DNA from: Takakia lepidozioides
Taxonomy: Eukaryota > Plantae > Bryophyta
NCBI GenBank assembly: GCA_030704615.1
Contig: CM060732.1
Location: 78,120,001-78,184,000, forward strand
Length of the DNA stretch: 64,000 bases
Direction: 5' to 3'
Position 1 is the stretch's first letter; every line of letters begins with the position of its first letter. Below the pieces are notes generated by a model. That model was not told the DNA's origin. It searched no databases and was given only the letters and a program-made list of their open reading frames with translations. Position numbers and translations under genes: made by a program. Shown here piece after piece: positions 26,001 to 38,468 of the stretch.

Positions 26001-29000
26001 GAGAGAAGCAGAGAGAGACTTACTCGGGAGCAAGATAGCCTAAAGTGCCGACGACATGTGTTGTGGTGGCTTCCCCCTCTCCTCTCTGTTCCACTAACTT
26101 TGCCAATCCAAAATCTGCTATCTGAGGAAATCACGAAATGTTACAGAGAAAGAAAGAAGGAAACAAAGAGATTTTATAACATCCATGGGAAGCTCAAAGA
26201 GATTATGGTCCACAGGAGCCCATTGACAAGGTAGAACAAATCAGGGAATATCTCAGAGTACACCATTGACTGACATTGACCAGATCCAATTTAAAGCATC
26301 TGCAAAATACATAGAAGTATACTTGATAACGTCCACAGGTCCCCTGAGGATCCATGGGAGATGGCAAATAGCACGAAACTACTTCGAAAACATAAAATGT
26401 CACCCCAGGACAAAGTGTGTCATGCAGGTAAGCTGCCAGATACTTCAGGTCTTCAAAGCTGGAGGCCTTTTCAAAGACTGGGAGTCTCTGAAGACAGAGA
26501 AACAAGGAAAGAAAGTAGGGCATGGGGGCCATGGGACAAAGTAGACAAACATCTAGCTACTTTGAAACCCTAGGTTTGATATTGCTAACATGATATAGCC
26601 AATACCATTGACTGGCTGGATACCCTTGTGAAGCCCTTGTAAGGCTCTAAAAATTGCAGTCTCCAGCTACCATCGGGCTCATGCATATCCAAACAGGTAA
26701 GAGAAAGCAGTGATTTCCTCACACCTTAGCGCGGAAGTAGCCATCAAGCAAAATGTTGGATGTTTTCACATCACGGTGCACATAGTGGGTCTTGGTGTGC
26801 TCATGGATATATTCCAGACCCCGCGCTGAATCCAGTGCTATTTGCACTCTAGCATTCCATGAAAGGGGAGTAAACCCTGTCATGGGAGAAAAACGAACAC
26901 AGAGGACATTCAAGACATCCACTGGAAGTTGTAAGTGCTTATGGACAAATATACTGAGCGAAGACAAGGAAAACAACGAAAGAGGGGAAGAAGCTGGTTG
27001 CACCCACGCAGGTAGGACATTGCCTAAGAACTAAATCCTGCTTAGTCACTAGGCTGCCAGACACTCAGGACGACACTGTGTCACCAGAGCATTCAGACAT
27101 ACATCCAGTTCTCTTTTTTCCTTGGGCTTCCTGTGTTAAGCTTCTTTCTTTCATTTCATTTCTTGCCTTCTCTGTATGAGGCACTTCCTCTTAGTACTAG
27201 GCTGCCAGACACTCAGGACGACACTGTGTCACTGGAGCATTCAGACATACATCCAGTTCTCTTTTTTCCTTGGGCTTCCTGTGTTAAGCTTCTTTCTTTC
27301 ATTTCATTTCTTGCCTTCTCTGTATGAGGCACTTCCTCTTCGTCGACTTTTGGAATCTTAATATGTGGTTGTCTTGTCATTCTACGAAGATCCATCATCC
27401 ATCAGGATGCCCTGGACGATTCAGCTTTCTGTGCTCAAAGAGAGCATGTCATGTGCTCTCGAACAGCTAATGTGCCTGTTCAGAGCGAGTTTGGCATACT
27501 GTCCTTAAAGCTCTCAACTGAGTTCAAGGTCAGATGGTGGGGTCAGTTGAATCACATGCCTAATACTGTCTTCCCTGAGATGATCAACTCTTCTTGGAAG
27601 CAATACTGTTCTGTTGAACAGGCATAGTCCTGGTGGAAAAGGGTCAAGGAGATTTTCAAGTACCTATCTATTAGGCAGGAAGAACTGACCCTGCTAGATG
27701 GAACTGAATTGGAGGCTGAATTGTCTAAGACCAGCACAAAGAATGTCCAAACATAAAATTTCCCTAATGGGTAAGGACTTTAAGGATGATCTGAAGGGCC
27801 CACCCTCGGCACTAGACTGAAATTTAGACTGAGGGGGGGAGAATAAAGGAGAGGGAAGGGAGATTGCCAATGCCCAATGTGCGAGCAGCCTGAAGACAAT
27901 ATCCACTTTCTGATATAATGTCTGGGGTATCCTCATCAGGGCGACCCTCTTCAGGACCATCAAGAACATAGTCCCTGCACCTCTGTTCACCAACTTCCAA
28001 AATCTCAAGGCTGAACCTAAAGCCCTGGCCCTGTTGGGGTCTAGTTGCTGGGCAGCTCACACACGGCAGATTTTGCTTGTGTCAAGAGCTTCGAGAGGAA
28101 ATCTGGAAAGCCCGAACTAATTGTTTATATCAAGGTAAGTTCCACTACTGGAGTCAGCCCCTCGCAAAGACTGGGCATGGGTCAGGCTACAGCAAACATC
28201 ATCTAATGAGTCTCTTGGCAGACATGATAAAGTTCTTTCTTTCTTCTTTCCTGCCACACCCCTGCAATATAGGCTGTAAATGCACATTTACCTTTGGAAA
28301 CTGGATCATGAAGGCGGTCACTCACAGCTCGGTTCTCTGCATACTCGTACACTAAGAAAAGTTCGTCCTCACTCGCAGAATAGCCTATCAACTCTACCTG
28401 CACACAAGAGACCCAGAATTGTAGAACCAGATCATGACCTAGAAGTATGTGAATTTGACAGGATGAAAACTGTGTGACCTTTGTGCCCCTGCGACTGGAA
28501 GAAGAGATGTACTTGTTGACCACCCTATGATTTTTTTGTCTATGACGTACCCTTCAGGGTTTATCCATTATTGGCATATAGTAAGGTTTCCACTTGGCCA
28601 CAACTGCTACAGCCCTTGCCTACAGCAACCCACTTACAGGGTTCATTGACTGTTGATTTAGGGGTAGGCTTGAATAACATTTTCAGCAGAGCAAAGTAGA
28701 GTCCAGGCTAACATTCAAGTATAAGAGAACAAGAAGACCATATCCAAATGTAAAGAAAGAAGCTGTCAAGAGAGCAAAGATAGAGAAAATATGAGACTAC
28801 CTGGAATTTTAAAATCTAGTATCGATCTCTGTACTACAGAGGAACTATGGCCACAAGGCTATGGCAAACACCTTATGAGTACATTCTGTATGTACAATAG
28901 AGTTGGCAAAAAGAGTTGGAATCTCAAAGACCATGTTCAATATGAAAACCTGTAAGTGAGTTTTTAAGCCATAAATCAGGTAGGTCATCAGGCCAGAGGG

Positions 29001-32000
29001 GAGGAAATAGGAAACTACTCCATCTTGAGTCAAGAAATTGGAATTTTTTAAACAATAGTGATTCCCTGTCAATCTCCATAGCTTTGTAGTCAAACACGGC
29101 ATTCTTTGGCCAAGGTCAGTGAGGACCTTGTATTAACCATGGGATCATTCCTCAAAGAGGCGACTATCGATCACTCCCAGTCACGTCCATACAAAAGACA
29201 AGCAGAGAGCTACCTATGCCTACATGCGTTAACCCCAGAGGCACACATGCAACAATAGCAAGCAACAGTTCAGAAGCCTACCAAATTGGTGTGGTGAACT
29301 TTGCATAGCACTTTTAGCTCCGCCAGAAACTCATTTGTCTTGGTGTCCTTCATTCTCTTTATTGCTACTTCCTGCAGCATGACTCATGCTTTAACATACA
29401 GGAAAAGGAGGTCAAGGCAGATAGAAACAAAACTGATGCAAGGCTATTCTAAGGTCTGGACTTTTAAATTTTTGCCTCTGCTGTTAGGTGAGACATGCAG
29501 GGTCCCTCCAAGGTTTGAAAACTTTTCACAAGGAGACAGAATGAGACAACAAAGGCTATGAAATGAAATAAAATGACACTTCATAATCGCAGGAAGCTCA
29601 AAGATATAATGGGACAAGAGAGCATGGAACAAGAAAAGAAAAGAAAAGAAATGAAATGAAATGAAATGAAATGGTGCTTTATAACGTCCAACTAGCTGAA
29701 ATGAAAGTGGGGCCCCCAACTAGCTGAAGGAAAGAAAAAACTTCATAACATCCACAGGGGGCCCAATGGGACAAAGTAGAACAACAAGAAACCACGTCAG
29801 ACAACACATGCAGACAAAGTGGCTAATGCAGAAAAACAAAAATTGACTATTTTGGATACATTGCCTGGGACGCACCCTGAGGGTAGTTTTGCACGACTAA
29901 TCCTAGCAGATCCAGTGGTAGGGTCTCAACCCACCAGGGAAGGTCCAGAATTGCCACGGTTTTCACACATACCAAACAAATGTAACTTTATAGACAGAAT
30001 TGAAATGAAATGACACCTTATAATGTCGACAGAAAGCTCAAAGTGCTTATGGGACAAAGAGAAAGCATGAAGCAAGCCCAAAACGACTATTGTTCAAGGG
30101 ATTGTCCAAGAGTCAACGCCTCATGCAGAAAGAAAAGACATGAAAGGACGTCTGAGACAGTAAACAGTTTGGGGTTGGCATCCAGTCTAACTTACAGAGG
30201 CTTTCTGCATATTTAAGCACTTCCGCCAGTTTTCCTTTCAGTTTCCTTTGTCCTCCCTCCATCATGCTGGAAGTGAAGAGATTCAATGAGACATCATCCA
30301 ACAAAATGAAATGCAAAGAAGGGAACCTGATTCTGTAGAGCCCCCAAGTAAACGGATCCATAGGCACCCTGCCCCAGTAAATTTGTGTCCTTGAAGTTTT
30401 CAGTTGCCACCAGAATGTCATCGTAAGAAAATATGACTGGCTTCTCCATGTCAAATAGCCCAACAATCATTTCTGCAGCCACTGCAATCTAAGTTGGCAA
30501 TATAATTGCATAAAGATTTTAACTCGTAAATTAGAAGAACTCGATCAACACCAACTGGGTAGCCTGTCCTAAGTTTCCTGTGAACTTTGTGAAGATTTTT
30601 CTCTCACCCTCTCTTGGGCCCCTGACGGGCGTAAAACAATCCTATTTCTCTACAGCATTCTTTCCTATTTAAAAATAGTTATACCATTCAAGCCCCAGAT
30701 ATAGCCCAAATTGTCTGAGCAGTTATATTGTCTTCCTATGCTTAAGGACAGTAATTGAACTCCTCCGACAGTTCAATCCAAATCTTCTATGTGTCCAGCC
30801 TTCATTTATATCCGAACTGTCATCAATCTGGAAGGAGAAGCGGAAATTGGTTCCAGTATCTTATATTGAAAATGGAAAATGCCAGATTACTAAAGCTTAA
30901 CAAGTGATTCTGTTAGACATGCTGCATGGTCATCCTTGCTGAAAAGGCCAGTTGTTTGTTGCTGTTTTTATTGTTGGTCACATGGGTCCTCTAGGGACCC
31001 CTGGACATTACAAGGTTTATTTCTTGCTTCCTTGCTAAGGTACTACAGCTGTGCTTCAGTGACCTCCAGTGGAGGTTATTTCTTTCTTCCTTTCTTTCCT
31101 CGGATGTTATAGAGTACCATTTCATTTCATTTCTTTCCTCTTTCATGAGGCCCACAGTCGTTGTGCAATTTAGCTCTGGTGCTTTCATGTGTGTTCCATG
31201 CTCCTGTCCCATATTGCTTGGGGCTTTTCTTGGACATTATAAAGTTTCTGTCTTTCTCCTCTGCCCCCGTTCCCATTTCTTCGAATTCCTCTCCCTCTTT
31301 CAGATGCACAGATCTTGGATCTACCTTGTTCCTTTACATCTCCCACAGGGCTTCATCTTCCTGGGGAATAATTACATATAGCATCTTTCTTTCTGTACGT
31401 CTTTCCCAGCTCCACTCCCTCACTGTATTTGAGTTCATGCAATCCATACCTTTCGAGAGGGTGTGCAAGCTGTCAGGGTTTGACATCCGAAAAACTGGCG
31501 GTTTTTGGATCAAGCAAGAGCAGCTTTGGAATAGGCTTGTGGTATCCAGGTCACCTTCCCCTGCTTGCCCAAAGGATTTATGTCTCCAAGCAAGGGCGGA
31601 CTTCTTCCACCCCATACAAAGCATCACCACGAAGATTGCAGCAATTAAAATGAGAGCACTGACCACCGCGCCTACGATCTCACCCACTGGAGCTTTGCTT
31701 TTGCCACCTGATCTATTTGATGCTGAACAGAAGAGGAAAGAACTTGACAGTCAAATTTAGAGACACCATTCATGGCAATTGATTTGACTTGTATCACAAG
31801 ACCCATCCAGTTCCCAGGTTGGTTTTTACCTTTCAAAAACCAGGGCCATTTATGACCTGCAATATCTCTCTCTTTTCTTCTTTTACATAATTCTCACCAC
31901 GACAACAGCTGTGATGACCAAACAAATATAGGGTCCTACCAGTAAATACAAACATATTTTTAGCAAAAGGTGTTGCAGTAATGTCTGGTATGTTGACAAG

Positions 32001-33017
32001 GTAGCTGCGACACAAACTATCTGAATGGAACCTGCATTTGCTAGTCACAACATGTTTCCTACTTTGACTATTAACCGCAAAGATGTTTTTTAGGGGGAAG
32101 AAGAGTGCACCTTGTGTTGTGCGTGAAGTGATAGCTGGGGTGGCTATTATTGATCCATTGTTGGAGAAACCCAAAACTGGAGGAGAATAAAACCATAGGA
32201 TGAGCACATATCCCTCTCTCCAATTACTCTGTACTTTCTGTTGGTGCTCAAAGGGGCCAAAAAACCATCACTTCTTTCAGTACATCCAAATACAGCTTTA
32301 GATAGACAGGCCAATCAAAAAGAGCCCTCCAAGCAGACAGGAAGTACACTCACCTTGTGAACTCAATGGGATGTAGTATAGTTGCTTGTTAGCAAGATTG
32401 TTTGTATGGCTGATGTTGTTGAGTGCCATGAATTCAGTCTCATTGATCGATTCAAACCGTTTTGACAGGCGGGTGAAGCTGTCTGAATCTTGAAGAAAAT
32501 AGCTCAAGACAGATATGTCGGCATTCATGGAGCACCCACACAAGAGATCGATGACAATATGTTGGCCTATGATCAATTGAGTATCCTGGTCTGAAGATGG
32601 TTGCCATGCTAAGCCCTGGTAACTGCCAGTTGTGACAATACCGTGGGTGGCATTTTGTGCCTCCACAGTATACTGGGAAACTGCAAAATAGTGGGGGCTA
32701 TTTGTAACACCGGATGTGCAAGCGCAGTTCACTTCTACAAACATAGATGTCTGACCAGCAGGGGCTGTAACGAAAGGATGCAATGGGGACTCCACATTCA
32801 CATTGTGAGGGTCTACACCAAACAGCCCAGAAATAGTTGACAAGGACTCATTGTCAGATAGGTAGTGTAAAAACGCTTTGCACGAAGCCCTGTTGCCTTG
32901 GCAACTAAGAGGAGTGTTCAACGCCCACCTTGCTGGCGCATTCACCAGCGAAAGAAAGAGGACAAACAGAAGGGGGGGGCGGGGCAGGGGAGGCCGAAAC
33001 AGCGAAGGGCATTCCAT
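23087..33017 (-). CDS. LYK3: LysM-domain receptor-like kinase, LYK3-type (active kinase motifs)
   Basis: Exons 33017-32354, 32176-32111 (probable), 31722-31450, 30481-30327, 29371-29282, 28397-28292, 26876-26725, 26121-26024, 25098-24954, 24133-24029, 23251-23087. Signal peptide, CxC spacers (CAC, CGC) between LysM-like repeats, a TM helix, kinase motifs [30 protein letters not shown], and the LYK3-like C-terminus [20 protein letters not shown]. Confidence 0.93.
25160..25960 (-). mobile_element. Degenerate non-LTR retroelement 3' remnant in a LYK3 intron
   Basis: Minus-strand [12 protein letters not shown] resembles the C-terminal R..SH.L.E.GR / zinc-finger region of RTE/RTEX-like LINEs. It is heavily decayed and the boundaries are approximate. 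Confidence 0.35.
27041..27340. repeat. Near-perfect tandem duplication, 148-bp unit x2
   Basis: ACTAGGCTGCCAGACACTCAGG... occurs at 27048 and 27196, and both copies end ...GAGGCACTTCCTCTT. Confidence 0.92.
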
Positions 33018-34660
33018 TGCAGCAGCCCAGCTGCAGCTATGTTTGAATTCTCACTCTAATCTCAGTCGCTTCCTCACTCACAAATACGCCCCTCTCCGCT
33101 TCAACCTGCCAACACTGCGCATTTCAGTTTGTCTGTCGCCTCCCTCTTTATTTCGCATCTGGGTGAGCCCACCAATCCGAGCCTGTAGAGCTCTCTTGCC
33201 CAAGCTACCATATTCCAAAACATATATGTTTGCAAGATAAACAATACAGGGGTGAAGCAAAAGTAGGTGAAATTTCAGTTTTTCACCGGCCCTCAGATAT
33301 ACATTTGAAGAAAAGAGGCTAACACGATCTTAAACTTCTGAACGTAGGCCTCTCAATCTTCTGAGGCACTCATCGAAGTAAAATGTGGATAGGACATAAA
33401 TCCTATACTCCCCTGTCTGTCCTTTGCTCTCGTACAGAACTTGAACCTAAAAATCCCGAAGTAAAATCACACTGATACTCCCGGGATAAGTCCAAGCCGC
33501 TTTCCCAGACAACCATGTGATCTTCGTTGTGGACAGATTGATTTTGAGCTGGTGAATTGCCGTCAATTTCAGCCCTTTGTCTGGTTGCTGCCAAGATCCA
33601 ACCCAGCTCCATCATCTCAGCCATCCCCGCTGCTGCCAATGAAACATCCAGCTCCAGAAGCTTGGGGAAAACTCTCAAGCATTGACATACAAGCAGGGCC
33701 CAGCTGCTGAAGCCATGGCTCTGATTTGAGCGCGAACCCGAGCGAGCAGATCAACACTGCGCTAGAAACTCGGCAAAGAAAGAGGAGGAGAATGACTAGC
33801 AGCCCTGTACGTACATACACTGTATCTATACCGTATTGTACTCCCTTATTCATCCATCCTCCCATCATTATTGATCCATCGCCGTCTTCATTCCTTCCCT
33901 GTTAGAGGGAACGATGAAGGCATATTCCTCTTGCACATATTCCTGGACCAAGATCAGAACTATTCCTGGTTGTCCTGGAGAGCTGAGAGATGGTGGTGTC
34001 TATGTTACAGGCAAGAGGAGGGAGAGATGGTGGAGTCTATGTTCCTGGGGGCACGGGATAGAACAAGAGGTTGATGAAAGGGCACAGTTAAGAATGAAAA
34101 GACAAGATCAGTGAAAGGGCACAATTAGTGATGAAAAGATATGATCTGTGAAAGGGTGTGATCACATGTTAAGCAAAAGGTTATAAATGTTGAGGAGAGA
34201 AAAGAGAAGGTTGCAGTTTCGACAAGCAAAACCCACCATCACCGAGCCATCACCCAGCTGGGGGAGGTGAAGAGAGTACCTGAGATAACAAAGGAGAGCG
34301 GAGGAGCTGCATGACAGCGTACACATACAGTGATGTAATGGATTACGAGATGAGTACAGTGAAAACTCTTAAAGGGAAACTAGTATTCGGTTGAATGAAT
34401 GTCTGAAGTCATTAGTGATGACGATTAACACTTGTGTGGAGTTGCATTTTCTTCCAGGGGCCCAAGCGAAGAAGATCATACTGATGTCATCTCTTTCACT
34501 GCAGATGCTAACACCTGCTGCACTAGCGCCAAACCAAGTAGTAATTACAAAATGGGTCACCTCTTAAGGATCTCACTGCGAGTTACTTATTACCGGTAGC
34601 TGGGATGTCTGTTAGCGATATAGAAGAATAATATGAGATAATACATTCCATAGAATAATA

Positions 34661-37600
34661 ATGTCGTCATATATCACGCCAGATTTGTCGACACTGTCTA
34701 AAGCACAGATCCGACAAAAAATCTCGGATGTAGGAAGGCAAATTGATGCAGAATTCAGTGGTGATCTTTCGCTCATAGCAGCGTCCCCGGAGGTGAATGA
34801 AGCAATGTTGAAAATCATGTGCGTTTGCCAGTATGATGGGAGGAAAAAAGAAAATAGAAAGAAAGTTGGAGGAAAGTGTATGTATGATTGCCATTGCAGT
34901 AAGAATCAAAGAACTTGCAGCCAAAGTTGCTCTTGTCATGGAATCTGCATATACAACACCTTTGTACAGCTTCCAAAGCTTGAGATTGTGAGCCATCCAA
35001 ATTTAGGAAGAGAAGTTGTGACCACAGAATATCTTGAACCGTCCAGGGTAACTCATATTTTCACTGGACGTGTCTTGAATGAAGCTGATCATGAGAGGGA
35101 AGACGCGCAACTGGCTCCAGGCAGCGCAAGATATGTAATCACCGGGCAGTGGGCAGGCAGACCAGAGTTGGTTGGCGATCCTGGTCCGAAGTTCTGTGTG
35201 GATCCAAAGCAGAGCGATGGGAAGGTAACAATCGGAGGGTTGCTGAATCACAGCTGCGCTTACAATGTTGAAGTGATTGAACTGTGAGGGCCCAACCCAG
35301 TCAGTCATAGTACAAGACTGTGTTTTTCCATTTTTTTCTTTTCTATGGGAAGGAAAAAATAAATTAATACATTATAATTATAATCAGAATTATAAAAGAA
35401 TAAGGTTTCTACGAAAAAATCATTGCTAAGAAAAAATTCCACATTTATCAACTTTCTCTGGTAGTGTCATATTATCAATCCTCAGTTCCAATTCATGACC
35501 TTCAAGTGTGCAGTGAAGCAACATATTTGATCCAATTTCTTGTTATAGTTTCTAAAACATTTGTTTTAAAAAAACAAGACCTTCTTTTTACTTAAATTAA
35601 ATTAAAATCAAATTAAACATTTTTAAATTAATGGCTGTGCCTAGTCACACAGTAGCCTTTTTTTCTTTTTTTCCGGAATAAGTCATAAAATTTATGGCAT
35701 GGCACAAGGGAAAAATAACCTTGCGAAACAGCTTACAACAGAGTAGCTTGAAAGTCACAGAGACTGGATCTGAAATATATTAACATAGCCAACCCAATTT
35801 TTGAGAAAGAGGCACTCCATTCTTGCGGCATGCATTTTGTTGTTTTATAGTTTAATGTATGTTTTTTCTTAGATTCTGTTTCCCCAAGGAAACCCAAGCC
35901 ACAGCCACTGGGCCTTGAGGGGGGAAATTCCCCTTTTGAGGACAGAGCCCAAAGGGCAGCACAGGGGATTGAACCCCAGACGCGTGTATTTTTAAATGAC
36001 TAGCATGGGTTCTTAACACTATGTAAGAACGCGATCATTATATATATCTCTAATTTTCTTTTAATAAATCTAAACCTAAATTTTGAAAAATAATAAATAT
36101 CTTTGCCTTTCATCTTTCCTGACCTTTCGGTTTGGTGGCTAGGCCCCTAGCATGGTCTTTTCTGGGGGTTTTAACTTTTTTTCCCTCCTTCTTAATAAAA
36201 CTTTTCATTTCCCCAGAAATATAATAATAAAATGTAGTAATCTAATATAGAATAATATATTTCTAGAATCGATATTAAAAACCAGAATAAATCCATGTCA
36301 CACTCTACTCATACTTGCTAGTAAGCCCCAAAATATGATGTTCTAAAATTATATTTTACCGGATGAATTTCAGGTGGCAAAACAAGAGGATATATATGGT
36401 TGGAAAATCTCTGTCCCATCTTCATATTAAGAGCGGGACTCCGCTCACTTTTCATTATGTGTAATAACCGCACCACATTTTCATTCATGACCATTTAAAT
36501 CTCAAAAATTAGTTAGAACAACTGTCATATCCCATATTACATTTCAGTATGTCTTTCTTACTTAAGCTTGGGCAAACCTTTGGTTAGAGTCTGAGTCTCT
36601 TCTCTTAGTCTAACCTCCTCCTTTCAGTAGTCTGCAGCACTTCTTATCATCAAGGGGCTACTCACTTGGGCAACAATTCCTTGACATTGTAGAGGTCCAG
36701 CTCCACACAAAGCATACATCTGCAGAGTTGTCGTCCTGCTTGCATGTCCAACTGAAACATCGCACCTTCAATGAGAATTAGTGTGTGATGTACTGATTCC
36801 ATTTCGTTCCATATTTGAAGTGAGTTGAGTAGGTGAGGAGGGTCACTAACCAAGATCTATATTTAAGTAATACCATGACCAGTGGACATGTCAGTAATAT
36901 CATGATCAGAGATAAAAACTAAATCTCATTGAAGGTGCAATGTTTCAGTTGGACATGCGGCGAGAACGATAATGATTTTGCGGAGCTATGCTTGTGTGGA
37001 GCTGATCCTGTAATATGTCAAGGAATTGTTGCCGAATTGGGTAGCCCATTGATGAGAAAAAGTATTGAACACTGGTCTAAGGAGGAGGTTAGACTTAGAA
37101 CAGAGATTGTGACTCTGAGTGAACGTTTGACCAAGCTTAAACACAGCAATAATAGAGATGAATCAAAGATTAAGGAGCTGGAAGATGATCTTCAAAAGCA
37201 AATTGAAAGAAAAGATTTTGTTGCAAACAAAGTAAGCCAAGCGAAGCGTGACAATGCAGCTCATCTTCAAAAGGCAAGTAATGATCAAGAAGCAGGACCT
37301 TCTTCGCAGGGTCACAAGGATAGTGACGACACCGCAGTAGTAGGAGTCCCAATGGATGAAGTAGGTTTGCTTCAGGCAGGACTACACACAAAATCAAGGA
37401 GCAAATCCCCTCCAAACAAGAGTCCCAGGCTTGAAAAACCAAAAGAAAGTTCCGTTCGTAGAGGCAGTGGTAGTGAAATAAAACATGGTCACGCAACAAG
37501 GTCTGCAAGTAGGATGAAGATACAGCAATTAGGATCAGAACGGGCTGGGCCTGCTAGAGCTACTGGTACAGATTCTCCCATGCGGGAAAACTCGCCCAAA

Positions 37601-38218
37601 AGACAGCAAAGAGTAAGTTTTGGACACGTTGGCAGAACGTCCCCTAGAAGCGATAATATGCCAAGTGGAAATGTATCAACAAGTAGCACTGCTGGAACCC
37701 GCAGCCCAAAGCGTAAAAACAGTCCTAACAAAGTTCCAGAACACGCTAAAGATTGGGAGGCAGGGCTACTAACAGAGGATGAAATCAAACATATCTTCAG
37801 TTGGATCGAGGGAGTTGAGCACCCAAGAGGTGATTCAAGAACTGTCACAGCTTGGCCTGAAGCTAAAACCTGGGCATTTTGGTTGCATACAACTTTCAAG
37901 CGTCCAACAGCTGAACAGGCAAGAACTTGGCCAGATGAGTGGTCAGGTGTACACTCCTACACACTTCGAAGAGCAGATTCAAACGAAGCTATCACAAACA
38001 TGCTTCACCCTCTTCGTTTTGAACTTCTAGCCATACTGTTAGACCTTTTGACATTTCCTGAACCTGCACGTAAGTTGTCTCGTGGAAGTTTTGTTAAAGA
38101 TAGGGAAGGCACAATGTGGTGTCTTGTTTGGGCCCATACTAACGACCTTCCACACGAGCTTCATATCGAAGAAGCATGGGCACAATCAAGTGGAGGTCAA
38201 CGCAGTATGCGTTTATAA
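34661..38218 (+). CDS. Divergent SET-domain protein (AWS-like - SET - post-SET - coiled coil - disordered - Trp-rich unknown domain), 659 aa
   Basis: Exons 34661-35283, 36374-36460, 36949-38218 (GT-AG, 1980 nt, in frame). Cys-rich AWS-like CVC...CMYDCHC...CSQSCSCHGIC, then LLNHSC. The spliced junctions read IELWQNKRIY...IKSGTPLTFHYVW (ELTFDY equivalent), then post-SET CLCGADPVICQG. The start codon is uncertain. Confidence 0.78.
35875..36030 (-). mobile_element. tRNA-derived SINE-like remnant in SET intron 1
   Basis: Minus strand has an A-box-like TAGTGTTAAG and a B-box GGTTCAATCC at tRNA-like spacing, but no cloverleaf. Confidence 0.4.
36562..37140. repeat. Long imperfect inverted repeat (arms 36562-36782 and 36918-37140, ~135-nt loop)
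   Basis: 36742-36776 is the reverse complement of 36924-36958 with one mismatch in 35 nt. Further complementary blocks are CAGCTCCACACAA/TTGTGTGGAGCTG, GGCAACAATTCCTTGACAT/ATGTCAAGGAATTGTTGCC, AGTCTAACCTCCTCCTT/AAGGAGGAGGTTAGACT and TTAAGCTTGG/CCAAGCTTAA. Confidence 0.93.
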
Positions 38219-38250
38219 ACAAACAATACTATTGCTGGTTCGTAACCTGT

Positions 38251-38468
38251 CAGTAGCTGGGTTGGATAGAGCACTGAGTACTACCCAGGTGATTCTTGGT
38301 TCAAATCCTGCTACCTTGTCAGGTGTGGTATTTATCTTCTCTTGGTTGGTGGTGTCCCATGGGTTGGGTTGTTTTCTCCTCTCACTAGGTACAATTAAGG
38401 GGTCTGATATGTGGGCGGCTCCAGGGTGTGATTCCCCTTTCTATAAGAGAAATACAATAAAAACTAAA
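38251..38468 (+). mobile_element. tRNA-derived SINE-like element
   Basis: A-box-like TAGCTGGGTTGG, B-box GGTTCAAATCC and an A-rich 3' tail. Confidence 0.5.

Noticed and set aside
38251-38330. tRNA gene (also 35950-36030)
   Set aside because: A and B boxes are present but there is no acceptor stem or cloverleaf, so a SINE explains it better.
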